Source of the DNA: an uncultured Planctomycetota bacterium
GTDB lineage: Bacteria; Planctomycetota; Planctomycetia; Isosphaerales; Isosphaeraceae
Direction: 5' to 3'
Assembly: GCA_963737655.1 (NCBI GenBank)
Contig: CAVTTN010000002.1
Coordinates: 6,816,001-6,880,000 of the forward strand
Length of the DNA stretch: 64,000 nt
This document shows positions 40,735 to 50,057 of the stretch, piece by piece. The translations under genes and the position numbers were made by a program. Every line of letters starts with the position of its first letter. Position 1 is the stretch's first letter. Under the pieces are notes generated by a model that worked only from the letters and a program-made list of their open reading frames with translations, searched no databases and was not told where the DNA came from.

Positions 40735-43700
40735 TCACTCTCCCGCCTGGGGCGTGGTGTGCTGCGGGTCGGCCCCGGGTTCGACCTGGGGCGGGGCGTC
40801 GGTGGCGGGGGATTCGGCCGGGGCCGATTCGCCTTCGCCGCCCGGCTGGTCCTCGTCGTCGGGGCCCTTGGAGCGGGCCTCGAAGAGTTGCTTGAGCTGG
40901 CCGAAGGTCCGCAAGGGGACGCTGCCGGTCAGGGCGTCCTTGGACAGCGGAGGCGGAGGGGCGGCGGGCTTGGGCTTGGGCTTGGGGGCATTCGGATCGA
41001 CGGGGGTTTGCGGGTCCCGGGCGCCTCCGGGGCCTCCTCGGTTGGGTCCGCCTCGATTCGGCCCGCCTCGGCCTCCGGGGCCTCCTCGGCCGCCCTGGGC
41101 CCTCTGCGGGAGGAACTTGGCGAAGCGGTCCTGCGGGGCGGGCGGGCGGTTCTGGCCCCCGCCCGGGGGCCGATCGCCCCGGGGGGCGCCTTCGCCCGGA
41201 GGGCCTCCGCCCTCGCCGGCCGGGCGCACGCCCCGGGCCGGTCCCGGCCTCCGGTCGCCCGGGGGGCCTCCGCCCGGTCCGCCGGGGCCCGGCCCCTGAC
41301 CCTGGGGCCGCCCCTCGCCGCGACGAGGGCCGCGTTCGGGTCGCTCGCCCCGCTCCCCGCGTTCGCCGGCACCCCGGGGGCGCTCCGTCCCCGGCTTGAC
41401 CATCGTCAACGAGACCCGCTTCCGCTCGTTATCGACGCCCATGACCCACACGCTGACCACGTCCCCCACGCTCACCACGTCGTGGGGGCTCTTGATGTAG
41501 CGGTTGGCGAGCTGGCTGATGTGGACGAGCCCCGAGTCCTTCAAACCGATGTCCACGAACGCGCCGAAGTCCACGACGTTCAGGACGGTGCCCTTGAGCT
41601 CCATCCCGGCGGCGAGGTCTTCGAGCTTCAGGACGCCCTTCTTGAAGATCGGCTTGGGCAGGTCTTCGCGCGGGTCGCGCTCGGGCCGGGCCAGGGCCTC
41701 GAAGATGTCGTGGAGGGTCGGCTCGCCGATCTCCAGCTCCTTGGCCATCGCCGGGAGGTCGGCCGTGTTGAGCTTCTCGTGGAGCTCGGGGAGCCGGTCC
41801 TTCTGGGTCAGGATCTCGGGCGCGAACCCGAGCTTTTCGAGGACCTTGGTCGCGACCTCGTAGCTCTCCGGGTGGATCCAGGTCCGGTCGAACGGGTTGG
41901 CCGACTCGCGGACCTTCAGGAACCCGGCAGCCTGGGTGAACGTCGCCGGGCCGACGCCCTCGACGCCCTGGATCGCCGATCGCTCGGCGAACGGGCCGTG
42001 GGCCGTCCGGTGCTCGACCAGGCGGCGGGCCGTCAGGGCGTTCAGGCCCGAGACGTGGCGGAGCAGGGGGATGCTCGCCGTGTTCAGATCGACCCCGACG
42101 AAGTTCACGCAGCTCTCGATGACCGATTCCAGGCTCTCCTTGAGCTGCTTCGGGCTGACGTCGTGCTGATACAGGCCCACGCCGATGTTCTGGGGCTCGA
42201 TCTTGACGAGCTCGGAGAGCGGGTCCTGGAGCCTCCGGCCGATCGAGACGGTGCCCCGGGTGGTGGCGTCGAGGTCCGGGAACTCCTCGCGACCCACCGG
42301 GCTGGCCGAGTAGACGCTGGCTCCGGCCTCGTTCACGATCACGTAGGAAAGCTGGGCCAGCATGGGGTCGGCCGAGTGGGGCCGGGGAGGAGGGGGCGGC
42401 CCCTTGGGCTTCGGAGGCCGGGGGGCGGACTCCTTCTTCTCCCCGTGTTCCTTCGGTTCCCTCGGCTCCCTCGGCTCCTTCGGGGCCTTGGGAGGCCGGG
42501 CGAAGTCGGGCGCCGGCGCGGGCGCCGAGGCCGGCTTGTGCGAGGGAGGGGTCGGCGAGGCCGTGGCGGCCGGGGCCTCGCCGTTGGCTTCGCCGCCCTC
42601 GCCTTCGACCGGCGCCGAGGCCGTCGCGGCGACCTCCGGGGCCTCGTGACCTTCCGCCGGGGGCGGGACGGTCTCGATCGGCGTCTCGGCCGGGGCCGAT
42701 TCGGGGGCCGCCGAGGCTTCGGGCTCGGCGGGGGCCGAGGGCGCGGCCGCTTCATGGGCCGAGGGCGCGGCCGCTTCATGGGCCGGGTTGCGGGTCGCCT
42801 CGGCGTCGGGGTTTTCCAGGACGTCCGCCTTGTGGGCCGAGCCCTCGGGCTCCTCGGAGTAGGCGGACGAGGGCGGCGCCGCGGCGCGGGGTCATGGGGC
42901 GGAGGCGGGCTTTCCTCCCCTTCGTCGGGCGCCCCTCCGGTGATCGGCGGCATGGCCTCGACGGGCTCGGCGCCGTCGGCGTGGCCGATCGGCCCGTTCT
43001 CGGTCGGGGCGGAGGAGTTGTGATCCGATTGGGGGTCGAGCGCCGGGGCGGCGTCGAGGGTCGGCGCCTCGGCGGCTTCCTCGGCCTGGTGGACGGCCTC
43101 GGCCATCGTCACCGGCGAATCGGCCGGTTCTTCCGGGGCGGCGGCCTCCGAGTCGGGCGATTCCGGGGCGTCCTCGGCCGGCGCCTCCGGGTGAGACGCC
43201 CCCTCGGGAGCGGCCGGAGCCGCGGGCGCCGGGACGGCCATCGCCCGGGCGGCGGCCTCGGGGTCGGTGTGGAACATCGTCCCTTCGGAGATGATCTCGG
43301 CCACGAGCTCCTCGGTCTCCCGGCAGGCCGTGCCGTTGCCGATCGCCACCACGCCCACCTGATGCTTGCCGACCAGGTCCTTCAAGACCTGCTTGGCCTC
43401 GTGGCGGCGATTCTGGGGCTGGTGCGGGTGGATCGTCGTCTGTTCCAGCAATTCGCCGTGGGGGCCCAGGACCGCCACCTTGCATCCGGTGCGGAACCCG
43501 GGGTCGATGGCCAGGACCGTCTGCTTCAGGATCGGCGGCTGGAGCAGCAGGCTGCGGAGGTTCCGGGCGAACACGTCCACGGCGTGCCGCTCGGCCATCT
43601 CGGTCAGGTCGCGACGGACCTCGCGCTCCAGGCTGGGCAGGAGGAGCCGATCGAGCGCGTCCAGCGCGGCCCGGGCGAAGAAGTCGCCGTGGGGGTGGCC

Positions 43701-44486
43701 GTCCAGGGGGAGCTGGCCGAGGATCGAGCGTTCGAGCTCCTGGCGGGGGACGTCCAGCTTCACCTTGAGCTGGTTCTCCTTGTCCCCCCGGTTGATCGCC
43801 AGGACGCGGTGGGGCGGGATGTGGCCGACGGGCTCGGAATAGGCGAAATAGTCGCGATATTCGAGGCCCTGGCCCTCGGGCACGCTCTCCGCCTTGGTCG
43901 TGGCCACCTTGCCCAGCTTCCACACCGTCCGGCGGACGGCCTCGCGGACGATCGCCAGCTCGTTGATCGACTCCGAGAGGATGTGGCCGACGCCTTCGAG
44001 GACGCTCTCGGGCGTTTCCAGGCCATTCTCGGCGTTGACGAACTCGGCGGCGGCGGCGGCCAGGTCGGTCAGGGTCTCGTCCCGGTTCCAGATCCGCAGC
44101 GCCAGGGGCTCCAGGCCCTTCTCGCGGGCCTCGCTCGCCTTGGTCCGCTTCTTGGGCTTGTACGGGAGGTACAGGTCTTCGAGCCTCTTGGGATTGTCGG
44201 CCGCCTTGATCGCGTCGCGGAGGTCGTCGGAGAGCTTGCCCTGGGCCTCGATCGCCTTGAGGATCGTCTCCTTCCGCTCGGCCAGGTCGCGCAACCGCTT
44301 GACCCGCGCCTGGATCTCCCGGATCGCGACCTCGTTCAGGTTGCCGGTCCGCTCTTTTCGGTAGCGGGTGATGAACGGCACCGTGTTGCCCTCGTCGAGC
44401 AACTGAACGACGCTCTCGACCTGGACGCGCCGGATTTGCAAATCCTGCGCGATCCGGCCCAGGTCGACCGGGATCGGGGTTTCCAT
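40735..44486 (-). CDS. tex: Tex-family transcription accessory protein with large low-complexity insertion; apparent frameshift near 42890
   Basis: GNTVPFITRYRKERTG, LEDLYLPYKPK, AIDPGFRTGCK, IGNGTACRET, VNEAGASVYSAS, GVGLYQHD, S1 NVVDFGAFVDIG. Confidence 0.93.
42732..42784 (-). repeat. 24-bp tandem duplication inside the tex insertion
   Basis: GGGCCGAGGGCGCGGCCGCTTCAT x2 plus partial. Confidence 0.85.
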
Positions 44487-44952
44487 GAGAGACCTACTCG
44501 GAGGAGGGAGGGACGACGACGTTTCGGGCGGTCCCCTCGGGGGTCGAGGGCCCGTCCACTGGAACCCGGCCAAGTTTCCCGGACGGACGCGCGCGGGCCG
44601 ACCGGCCTGGCGCAACAGTCCGGCCAATCTATGAGATGGCACGCCCCGATGTCAAGCGCCGCAAACGGGATTGGGCCGAATCACCGACACGGCCTCCGGG
44701 CCGTCCCCGTTCAACCCGTTCGACTCGCGAACATCCCGTGGCAGACCAAGCAAGTCCGGGGGATTTTGACGATCGCCGACGCGGCCCAACCCGGGGCGCA
44801 CGCCCGGAAGCCCCGATCGGATCCGGGCCGACCGCACCATCGCCGAGGTCCGACGCGAAGGAGGGAACGCCGAGGCGAGCCCGGCGTCGCGCCCGTCGAT
44901 GGGCTCGCACACGGCCGGCGATCGCCGATCCGGCCCGGTCTCGCCGTCCGCC

Positions 44953-45396
44953 TCACCGGGACCTGGCGCGCTCCAGGGCGATCTCGGCTTCCAGGCGGTC
45001 CGCCGTGGCCTTGAGGGTATCCGCGAAAGAGGCTCGCGCCGCCTTGTGATCTGCCTGGGCAATCGCCTCGGAATTCCGGGCCTCGGCCACCAGCTTCTCC
45101 AGGACCGCCACCCTCGCCTTGTCCGTCTCGCAGAGGTCGAGTTCGGCGCGGAGCGCGTCTCGGTTCGCCTCCGCGACCTGGCGATACGAGGCCCGGCCGT
45201 TCTGGAAGCTCGCCCGGACGGCTTCCGCGGCCTGTTCGAGGATGGCGTGCCTCTCCTTGAGGAGCGCCTTCAGCTTGGTGTCCCGGTCCTCCGCCGCAAC
45301 CGCTCGGGGCGAAGTGCCGCACCAGGCGGCGACGCCTCCGCCGATCACCAACGCCGCGATGCCGAGAGCCGCGAGCCGGGATTCGCGTGAAAGCAT
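44953..45396 (-). CDS. Hypothetical secreted helical protein
   Basis: Signal-like N-terminus; two helical repeats ending in AELDL/AEIAL, reminiscent of TolC-like helices. Confidence 0.7.
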   Translation of the reverse strand: MLSRESRLAALGIAALVIGGGVAAWCGTSPRAVAAEDRDTKLKALLKERHAILEQAAEAVRASFQNGRASYRQVAEANRDALRAELDLCETDKARVAVLEKLVAEARNSEAIAQADHKAARASFADTLKATADRLEAEIALERARSR

Positions 45397-45602
45397 GGGA
45401 GCGCCCCCTCGTCAAGCCGTGATCGTGAGCCGCCGAACGACCAGCCTCCGCGGGCCCGCCCCCCGGAGCGACCCTGACCTTAGCATAAAACCGCCGAGGC
45501 GGTGAGGGGCGAGGTCAGGCGAGGTCGTCCCGAGGCGCCGATGCCCCGGATGGGCGACGGAGCGGCGTGGCCCGCGCCGCACCGGGTCGGCGGCGGGCGC
45601 CC

Positions 45603-45995
45603 TCAGGGCGGTTGTTGGGGAGCATCCTCGAAGGGGCTCGACTCCTCCGCGGGCAACGCGGGCATTCGTCCGTTCCTGAGCGGGTCGGCCGCGCTCATCT
45701 TGGCAGGTTCGGGCGGATCGGCCTCCACCGGAAGCCAGGGGAAGCGGGCCGCCCGCTCGTACTTGCGCTGCATGGCCCAGTCGTAGAATGCTTGCCGAGG
45801 GATGAGGAAGCCCGGGTAGAGCCAGACATGACGCGAGGCGTCTTCGTACCGGGCCGCGATCCGGAGGAACCTCGCCCGACGCTCGGCCAGTATCCCGAGC
45901 GCCACGCCGGCGACCGCCACGGCAACCATCGCCCGTCGCAGGGTGAACCGGGGACCGCGAATGAGAGTAGGCACCGGCAATCTCGCCCCCAACAA
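45603..45995 (-). CDS. Small hypothetical membrane protein (PRFTLRRAMVAVAV-type); start uncertain
   Basis: RFTLRRAMVAVAVAGVALG, RKYERAARFPWLPVEADPP; lies just past the last attC-like site. Confidence 0.6.
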   Translation of the reverse strand: MLGARLPVPTLIRGPRFTLRRAMVAVAVAGVALGILAERRARFLRIAARYEDASRHVWLYPGFLIPRQAFYDWAMQRKYERAARFPWLPVEADPPEPAKMSAADPLRNGRMPALPAEESSPFEDAPQQPP

Positions 45996-46019
45996 CCTTG
46001 CCCGATCGCTTCCCGGGCC

Positions 46020-46112
46020 GCCTCACGCCAAAGCTCAGCGGCCCAGCACCGCCGAGCAAGATCAGGATCGTCTGGTGAGCGCGGCGGCGGTTGCTGAAGC
46101 CGATCTTCGAGC
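46020..46112 (-). mobile_element. Degenerate attC-like site 3
   Basis: Minus strand ends CCGCTGAGC-TTTGGC-GTGAGGC (R' GTT mutated to GTG); left half decayed. Confidence 0.55.
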
Positions 46113-46138
46113 GGTAAGGAGGTATGACGCGGTGTGCC

Positions 46139-46239
46139 GCCCAGCCACAAAGCTCAGCGGACCCGGACACTGACCAGTGAGCTTGAGATTAGAGAAAGCG
46201 CCGACCGTGGCTGGGGTCCGCTGCAACGCGAGTTTAGGC
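46139..46239 (-). mobile_element. Degenerate attC site 2
   Basis: Minus: GCCTAAA-CTCGC-GTTGCAGC-GGACCC ... GGGTCC-GCTGAGC-TTTGTG-GCTGGGC; upstream gene stop TAA inside R''. Confidence 0.75.
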
Positions 46240-46545
46240 CATGTCGGCGATCGAGAAGATAACCACCTCGTCGCGAACCACCGGGAACTCTTGAGACCAG
46301 CAGGCGACGGTTGCGGTTTCGGGACTGAGACGACGAATGGCCGCCACACAGGATACCAAGCCCCAGCGCCGCATGAGCCTGGCAATTCCACGACTGCATG
46401 CCCCGTCGATTTGGAAGGGCGTCCCAGCCGGGGAGGTTAGGAGAGCGGCTCGCAAGTCGTCGTCGAACGTCACGACGTAGGCGCAGACGATGGTGAGGAA
46501 CCGGCGGTGTAGTTTCTTCCTGAGACGCCTCCGATGCCGCATCAT
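46234..46545 (-). CDS. Integron cassette gene 2, hypothetical protein (103 aa)
   Basis: Starts 18 nt after R' of attC1 with GAGG RBS; stop in R'' of attC2; basic N-terminus MMRHRRRLRKKLHRR. Confidence 0.65.
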   Translation of the reverse strand: MMRHRRRLRKKLHRRFLTIVCAYVVTFDDDLRAALLTSPAGTPFQIDGACSRGIARLMRRWGLVSCVAAIRRLSPETATVACWSQEFPVVRDEVVIFSIADMA

Positions 46546-46563
46546 CCCTCGACCGCGAGAGCG

Positions 46564-46663
46564 GCCTAACGCCCAAGCTCCGCGAACCGGCCGCCGACCT
46601 GTGACGTGGATATTACCAGAAATCGACCTCGGCGGCCGGGTCCGCTGCGGCGCGAGGTTAGGC
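46564..46663 (-). mobile_element. attC site 1 (intact cores)
   Basis: Minus: GCCTAAC-CTCGC-GCCGCAGC ... CCGGCCGCCGA/TCGGCGGCCGG stem ... GCGGAGC-TTGGGC-GTTAGGC; 100 bp; complementary RYYYAAC/GTTRRRY. Confidence 0.85.
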
Positions 46664-47005
46664 GCGATTCGGCTCGGTGACCTCGACCACCGAGGCCGCC
46701 CAAAACGACGGCACGCACCAGTCCGGCTCGAAGGTGCCCACCCGCACGCCGATATCTTCCATCTGCCGGCCTGACACGTCCGAGACGTACACCCGGGACC
46801 AGGCGCCCAGCCGCCCGCGGGGCAACTCCACATCCCGAGGGGCGAAGAACCGCAGGCGTCGCTCAACCCCGTTTCGGACGAATGCCAGATCGATGTGCGT
46901 CTGCCGCCAATCGTCCGGGGCGAGGCGGTAAGCGAACTCGACCAGCGCCCACGAGTAGGGGTCGGGCAAGATCGGGTGGAATGGATCGTCTCCGGGGTCC
47001 GACAC
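46658..47005 (-). CDS. Integron cassette gene 1, hypothetical protein (115 aa)
   Basis: GGAG RBS then GTG just after GTTAGCC; stop TAA inside GCCTAAC of attC1. Confidence 0.75.
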   Translation of the reverse strand: MSDPGDDPFHPILPDPYSWALVEFAYRLAPDDWRQTHIDLAFVRNGVERRLRFFAPRDVELPRGRLGAWSRVYVSDVSGRQMEDIGVRVGTFEPDWCVPSFWAASVVEVTEPNRA

Positions 47006-47022
47006 CGCGAGTCTTCTCCGCC

Positions 47023-47045
47023 GGCTAACAAGTATTGGACGGACC
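47023..47045 (-). mobile_element. attI-like recombination site
   Basis: Minus: CCGTCCAA-TACTT-GTTAGCC; GTT core with no matching attC palindrome upstream; lies between first cassette and divergent intI remnant. Confidence 0.6.
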
Positions 47046-47196
47046 GCACGCAATGTGGGGTCTTACGCCCTTGCTCCGCATGCTTTTCAGCATTTCTTGA
47101 AATTATGGGCCGCCTGTTTGCGATGCAAGCGTTATGTCGGAAAGATTCGGGAATGAGGGCGTGGACGGGTGTAGCCCCCGAATCTGGAGTTTTTTC

Positions 47197-47228
47197 GGGT
47201 GCCCCCGGTTCTCGAACCGGGGGCACCC
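47197..47228. repeat. Perfect 15-bp palindrome inside a 100-bp segment bounded by 11-bp direct repeats
   Basis: GGGTGCCCCCGGTTC-TC-GAACCGGGGGCACCC; GGCGTGGACGG at 47158-47168 and 47258-47268. Confidence 0.8.
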
Positions 47229-47260
47229 CAGAAGTTCCGGATTCCAGAGCTATACCCGGC

Positions 47261-47423
47261 GTGGACGGTTGCGGACCGAGGGGTTTTTCGCGATCGACGC
47301 GGCATCTTCACCGCGTTCGCGCGGACGTGAGGCGATTGCATCCCGGCCTTCGCACGGAGGATGCTTATGTGCTATGGTCCGTCGATCCGTCCGGTTCATG
47401 AGACACGGCCTCCGGAGGAGATG
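47261..47423 (+). pseudogene. intI: Integron integrase 5' remnant (N-terminal SAM-like domain), two frameshifts, truncated
   Basis: Three frames join to RHLHRVRADVRRLHPGLRTEDAYVLW/VRRSVRF/HETRPPEEM, matching the IntI N-terminal pattern LL..VR..IR..HYS.RTE.AYV.WI.RFI.FH..RHP.EMG; divergent from cassettes. Confidence 0.75.
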
Positions 47424-47463
47424 TGTCTATTTGTAGGTATTCGCGGGGTCGAGGGCGGTTTTT

Positions 47464-47533
47464 GTCGGGTCCGCTATTGCGGACCTCCTGGCGACGAAGG
47501 GATGGCGAAGAGGTCCGCAATAGCGGACCCGAC
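47464..47533. repeat. REP family C doublet (GTAGGGTCCGCTATTGCGGACC)
   Basis: 70-bp inverted pair; flanks homologous to those of 61686-61755 in opposite orientation. Confidence 0.88.
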
Positions 47534-47775
47534 GAGCCGCGATTCGATGCACTACACGGATGATTGCTAAGATGTAAGCATGCCACGCGAGCCTCGATCC
47601 TTGAGGGATCACTCGACGGTTCCCAGGGCTTGCGATCCTGGGGAATCTGGGGCTTTCGGGAAATCCGCTGGAGAGACTCGGATGGGGTGGGGTTTGCGGG
47701 CGGTTGGCTATGGTTGATTTGCCGATGTTTTCGAATTTATGGATTTGTATTCCATTTTTAAGTAAGATTGATCAA

Positions 47776-47893
47776 ATTTCCTATGGATAAGAAATGCGGG
47801 TTCGATGTTTTGTAGGAAGTTGACTACACTTTTTCCCGAAAAACGCGCCGAAGGGCTTTTTTTCCAGGGTTTTCGGGCGCGCAGTCACTCGTG
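47776..47893 (-). repeat. Dispersed AT-rich non-coding element, copy B
   Basis: Reverse complement aligns without gaps to 21113-21230; core TTGACTACACTTTTTC at 47820-47835. Confidence 0.8.
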
Positions 47894-48313
47894 TCGAGCC
47901 ATGATTATTAATTTGAGAATTTGTTTGATTTTGACGAACAAAGAGCGATGGATAAACGGTTTGCGTCAATCGGAGTTTGGGGCTTCGTCGCCGACTTTTG
48001 TCCGAAAAGTGGACGGCTTGCGGATCGCAAGCGAGGGGGCGGTCGGGAGGGGCGATGGGGGTGGTGGCGGGATTGGGTGATCGGGGGTGGGGGCGGCCCT
48101 CGATGATGGGTTCATGGGGGCGGCGACAATGGGGGGCGGGTTCGATTGGCAGAGCTGGGGAGGGTGGGCCGTGATCGATGGGGATGGGTTCGCGCGATCT
48201 CTCGTCTCGGTCGAGGGGGCGGGGTCCGGGGACGGGGCGGGCCTGGCTCGTCGAGCCGGGATCGGCGGCTCGGGCGCGGGGCGGTCCCGGCGACCGGTCG
48301 AGGTTGACGGCGA

Positions 48314-49756
48314 TCAGAGGTCCCAGGCGCGGGCACCGTCGAGGAAGCAGGAGACGACGCCGTCCTCGCTGACCTTGAGGACGGGGCCGAAGCGGCTGGC
48401 GGCGAGGGCGGCGGTGGTCCGGGCGCCCTCGGCGGCGGCGAGGTTGGGGAGGTCGGCGGCGTCGTGACGGAGGATGGCGCCGAAGGCCAGGATCTTGCCG
48501 GCTCGATCGACGGCCAACGCCCCATCCAGGCCGGCGAGGGCCTCCAGCACGGTGGGATCGAGGTCGAAGACGGATCGGCCCCGGGCGAGGTAGTGCAGGG
48601 CGCGGCGGGCCAGGGGGTCTCGGGGGGAGACCTCGGCGGGAGGGCCGTCCGGAGCGGGGCCGGTCAGGACGTCGCTCGGGGCGATCAGGCGGCCGATGGC
48701 GTCGTCGGGCCGGTCGAGCACGACGAACAGGGCGCCCCGGCGGCCCTCGGCCAGGTTCAGGGCCGCACCGAACAGCGAGCCGGCCAGGGGCAGGTCGCCG
48801 ACGGCCCCGGTCCACTCGGCCGACCGGGCCCGGGGGTTCAAAAGCCGCCATCGGCCGTGGGCGAAGGCGAAGGCCTGGGCGCCCTCGGCAAAGACCTTGA
48901 TTTCCTGGTGAGGGCTGAGGACCACGCAGACATGGCCGCCCCGCCGGGTGGCCCTGGCGTGGGGGCGATAGGTCCGGGCGCAGAGGGTGCATTCGGGGCC
49001 GTCGTCGGGCAGGTCGGCGGCCCATCGGACGATGTCGGCGATCCCCGCGAGCTTGCCCTGGCGGTCCACCAGGAACAGCGTGCGCTCGCCGTCGCAGAGG
49101 CGGTGGATGCTCTTGAGGCCGGTCAGCTCCACGCCGTAGGGCAGGGCGTCGGGGGCGGCGGGGGGGAAGGGGCGGGTTGAGGCGTCTCCGGGGCCGACCA
49201 GCAGGGCCCCGGTGGAGACCCGGTGGTTCTCGTAGGTGGAGAGGGCGGCCGTTCGAAGCGTCTGGATCGTCCCGGCGACGCGGCTGGGTTCGTGGGCCGG
49301 GGGGCGGTAGGCGTCGGGCTCGACGAACGCGGCGACGTAGTGGTCTTCGGAGCCGCCTCGATAGAGTTCCAGGCGGGCGGCGCGGGACATGTGGAACAGA
49401 TGATAATATCGCAGGCCGAGGACCGCCCCCAGGGCGCGGACCATCCTCGTCTCGTCGGAGGAGAGGCGGGCGCCGTCGCGAGAGGCCAGCCGGTGGCGGA
49501 TTCCGTAGAGCTCGACGACGTCCCCGCCCTCGTCCTGGTAAAGCCGGAAGCCGGGGCCGAGCCGGAAGACGGCCTGGGATGGGTCGTCCAGGGGGTCCAG
49601 GCGGCTCTGGGGGAAGAAGGCGAGCAGGTCTCGGCGGAAGACCGAGAAGAACAGGTCGGCCACGGCCGGGGCGTCGCGAAGACCCTCGGAGGAGTCGCCC
49701 GGCAGGTGGGGAAGAAACGGGCCGGGCCCCGACGGTCCGTCGATCCTGGGTCGCAT
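48314..49756 (-). CDS. Diadenylate cyclase (DisA_N/DAC) domain protein with N-terminal extension; start uncertain
   Basis: RGALFVV, LAGLDGA, FGAIL, EGARTTAA, KVSEDG. Confidence 0.82.
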   Translation of the reverse strand: MRPRIDGPSGPGPFLPHLPGDSSEGLRDAPAVADLFFSVFRRDLLAFFPQSRLDPLDDPSQAVFRLGPGFRLYQDEGGDVVELYGIRHRLASRDGARLSSDETRMVRALGAVLGLRYYHLFHMSRAARLELYRGGSEDHYVAAFVEPDAYRPPAHEPSRVAGTIQTLRTAALSTYENHRVSTGALLVGPGDASTRPFPPAAPDALPYGVELTGLKSIHRLCDGERTLFLVDRQGKLAGIADIVRWAADLPDDGPECTLCARTYRPHARATRRGGHVCVVLSPHQEIKVFAEGAQAFAFAHGRWRLLNPRARSAEWTGAVGDLPLAGSLFGAALNLAEGRRGALFVVLDRPDDAIGRLIAPSDVLTGPAPDGPPAEVSPRDPLARRALHYLARGRSVFDLDPTVLEALAGLDGALAVDRAGKILAFGAILRHDAADLPNLAAAEGARTTAALAASRFGPVLKVSEDGVVSCFLDGARAWDL

Positions 49757-50057
49757 CCCGCGCCTCCGTCCCTGGATGGCCTCGGGGCGCTCGCTCGGGC
49801 CTCGTTGCCCACGGATCTTGCCCCGCCCCGGACGGGGAACTATACCCGAGACCGGACTCGGGGGCAATGGTGCGAGGAGGCCCCGCCAGGGCCGTTTCAG
49901 CGTCAGGGGTTCCTCGGCCGGAAATGCTTGATGGGGCACGGGTTCCGAAGAGGAAACGCGTGCCACCCGAGATCCTCGCGGCCGGATGTCTCCCGAGAAC
50001 GCAACGGCCGGGGAGGCCGTCGGCCCCGGTCGCGGAGTCCCGCTCCGCCGGGTCGGC

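Noticed and set aside
47100..47130. Cassette promoter Pc on the minus strand (TTGCAT ... CATAAT)
   Set aside because: Spacer is only 15 nt; too weak to call without TSS data
21113..47893. Composite transposon bounded by the two inverted AT-rich elements
   Set aside because: The interval is housekeeping genes (purN, ispB, moaC, tex), has no transposase or recombinase, and the copies are only about 64% identical
47780..47960. Possible oriC: AT-rich with TTATCCATA and TTATCCATC DnaA-box-like words
   Set aside because: Only two imperfect boxes, not conserved in element copy A, and no dnaA/dnaN/gidA context
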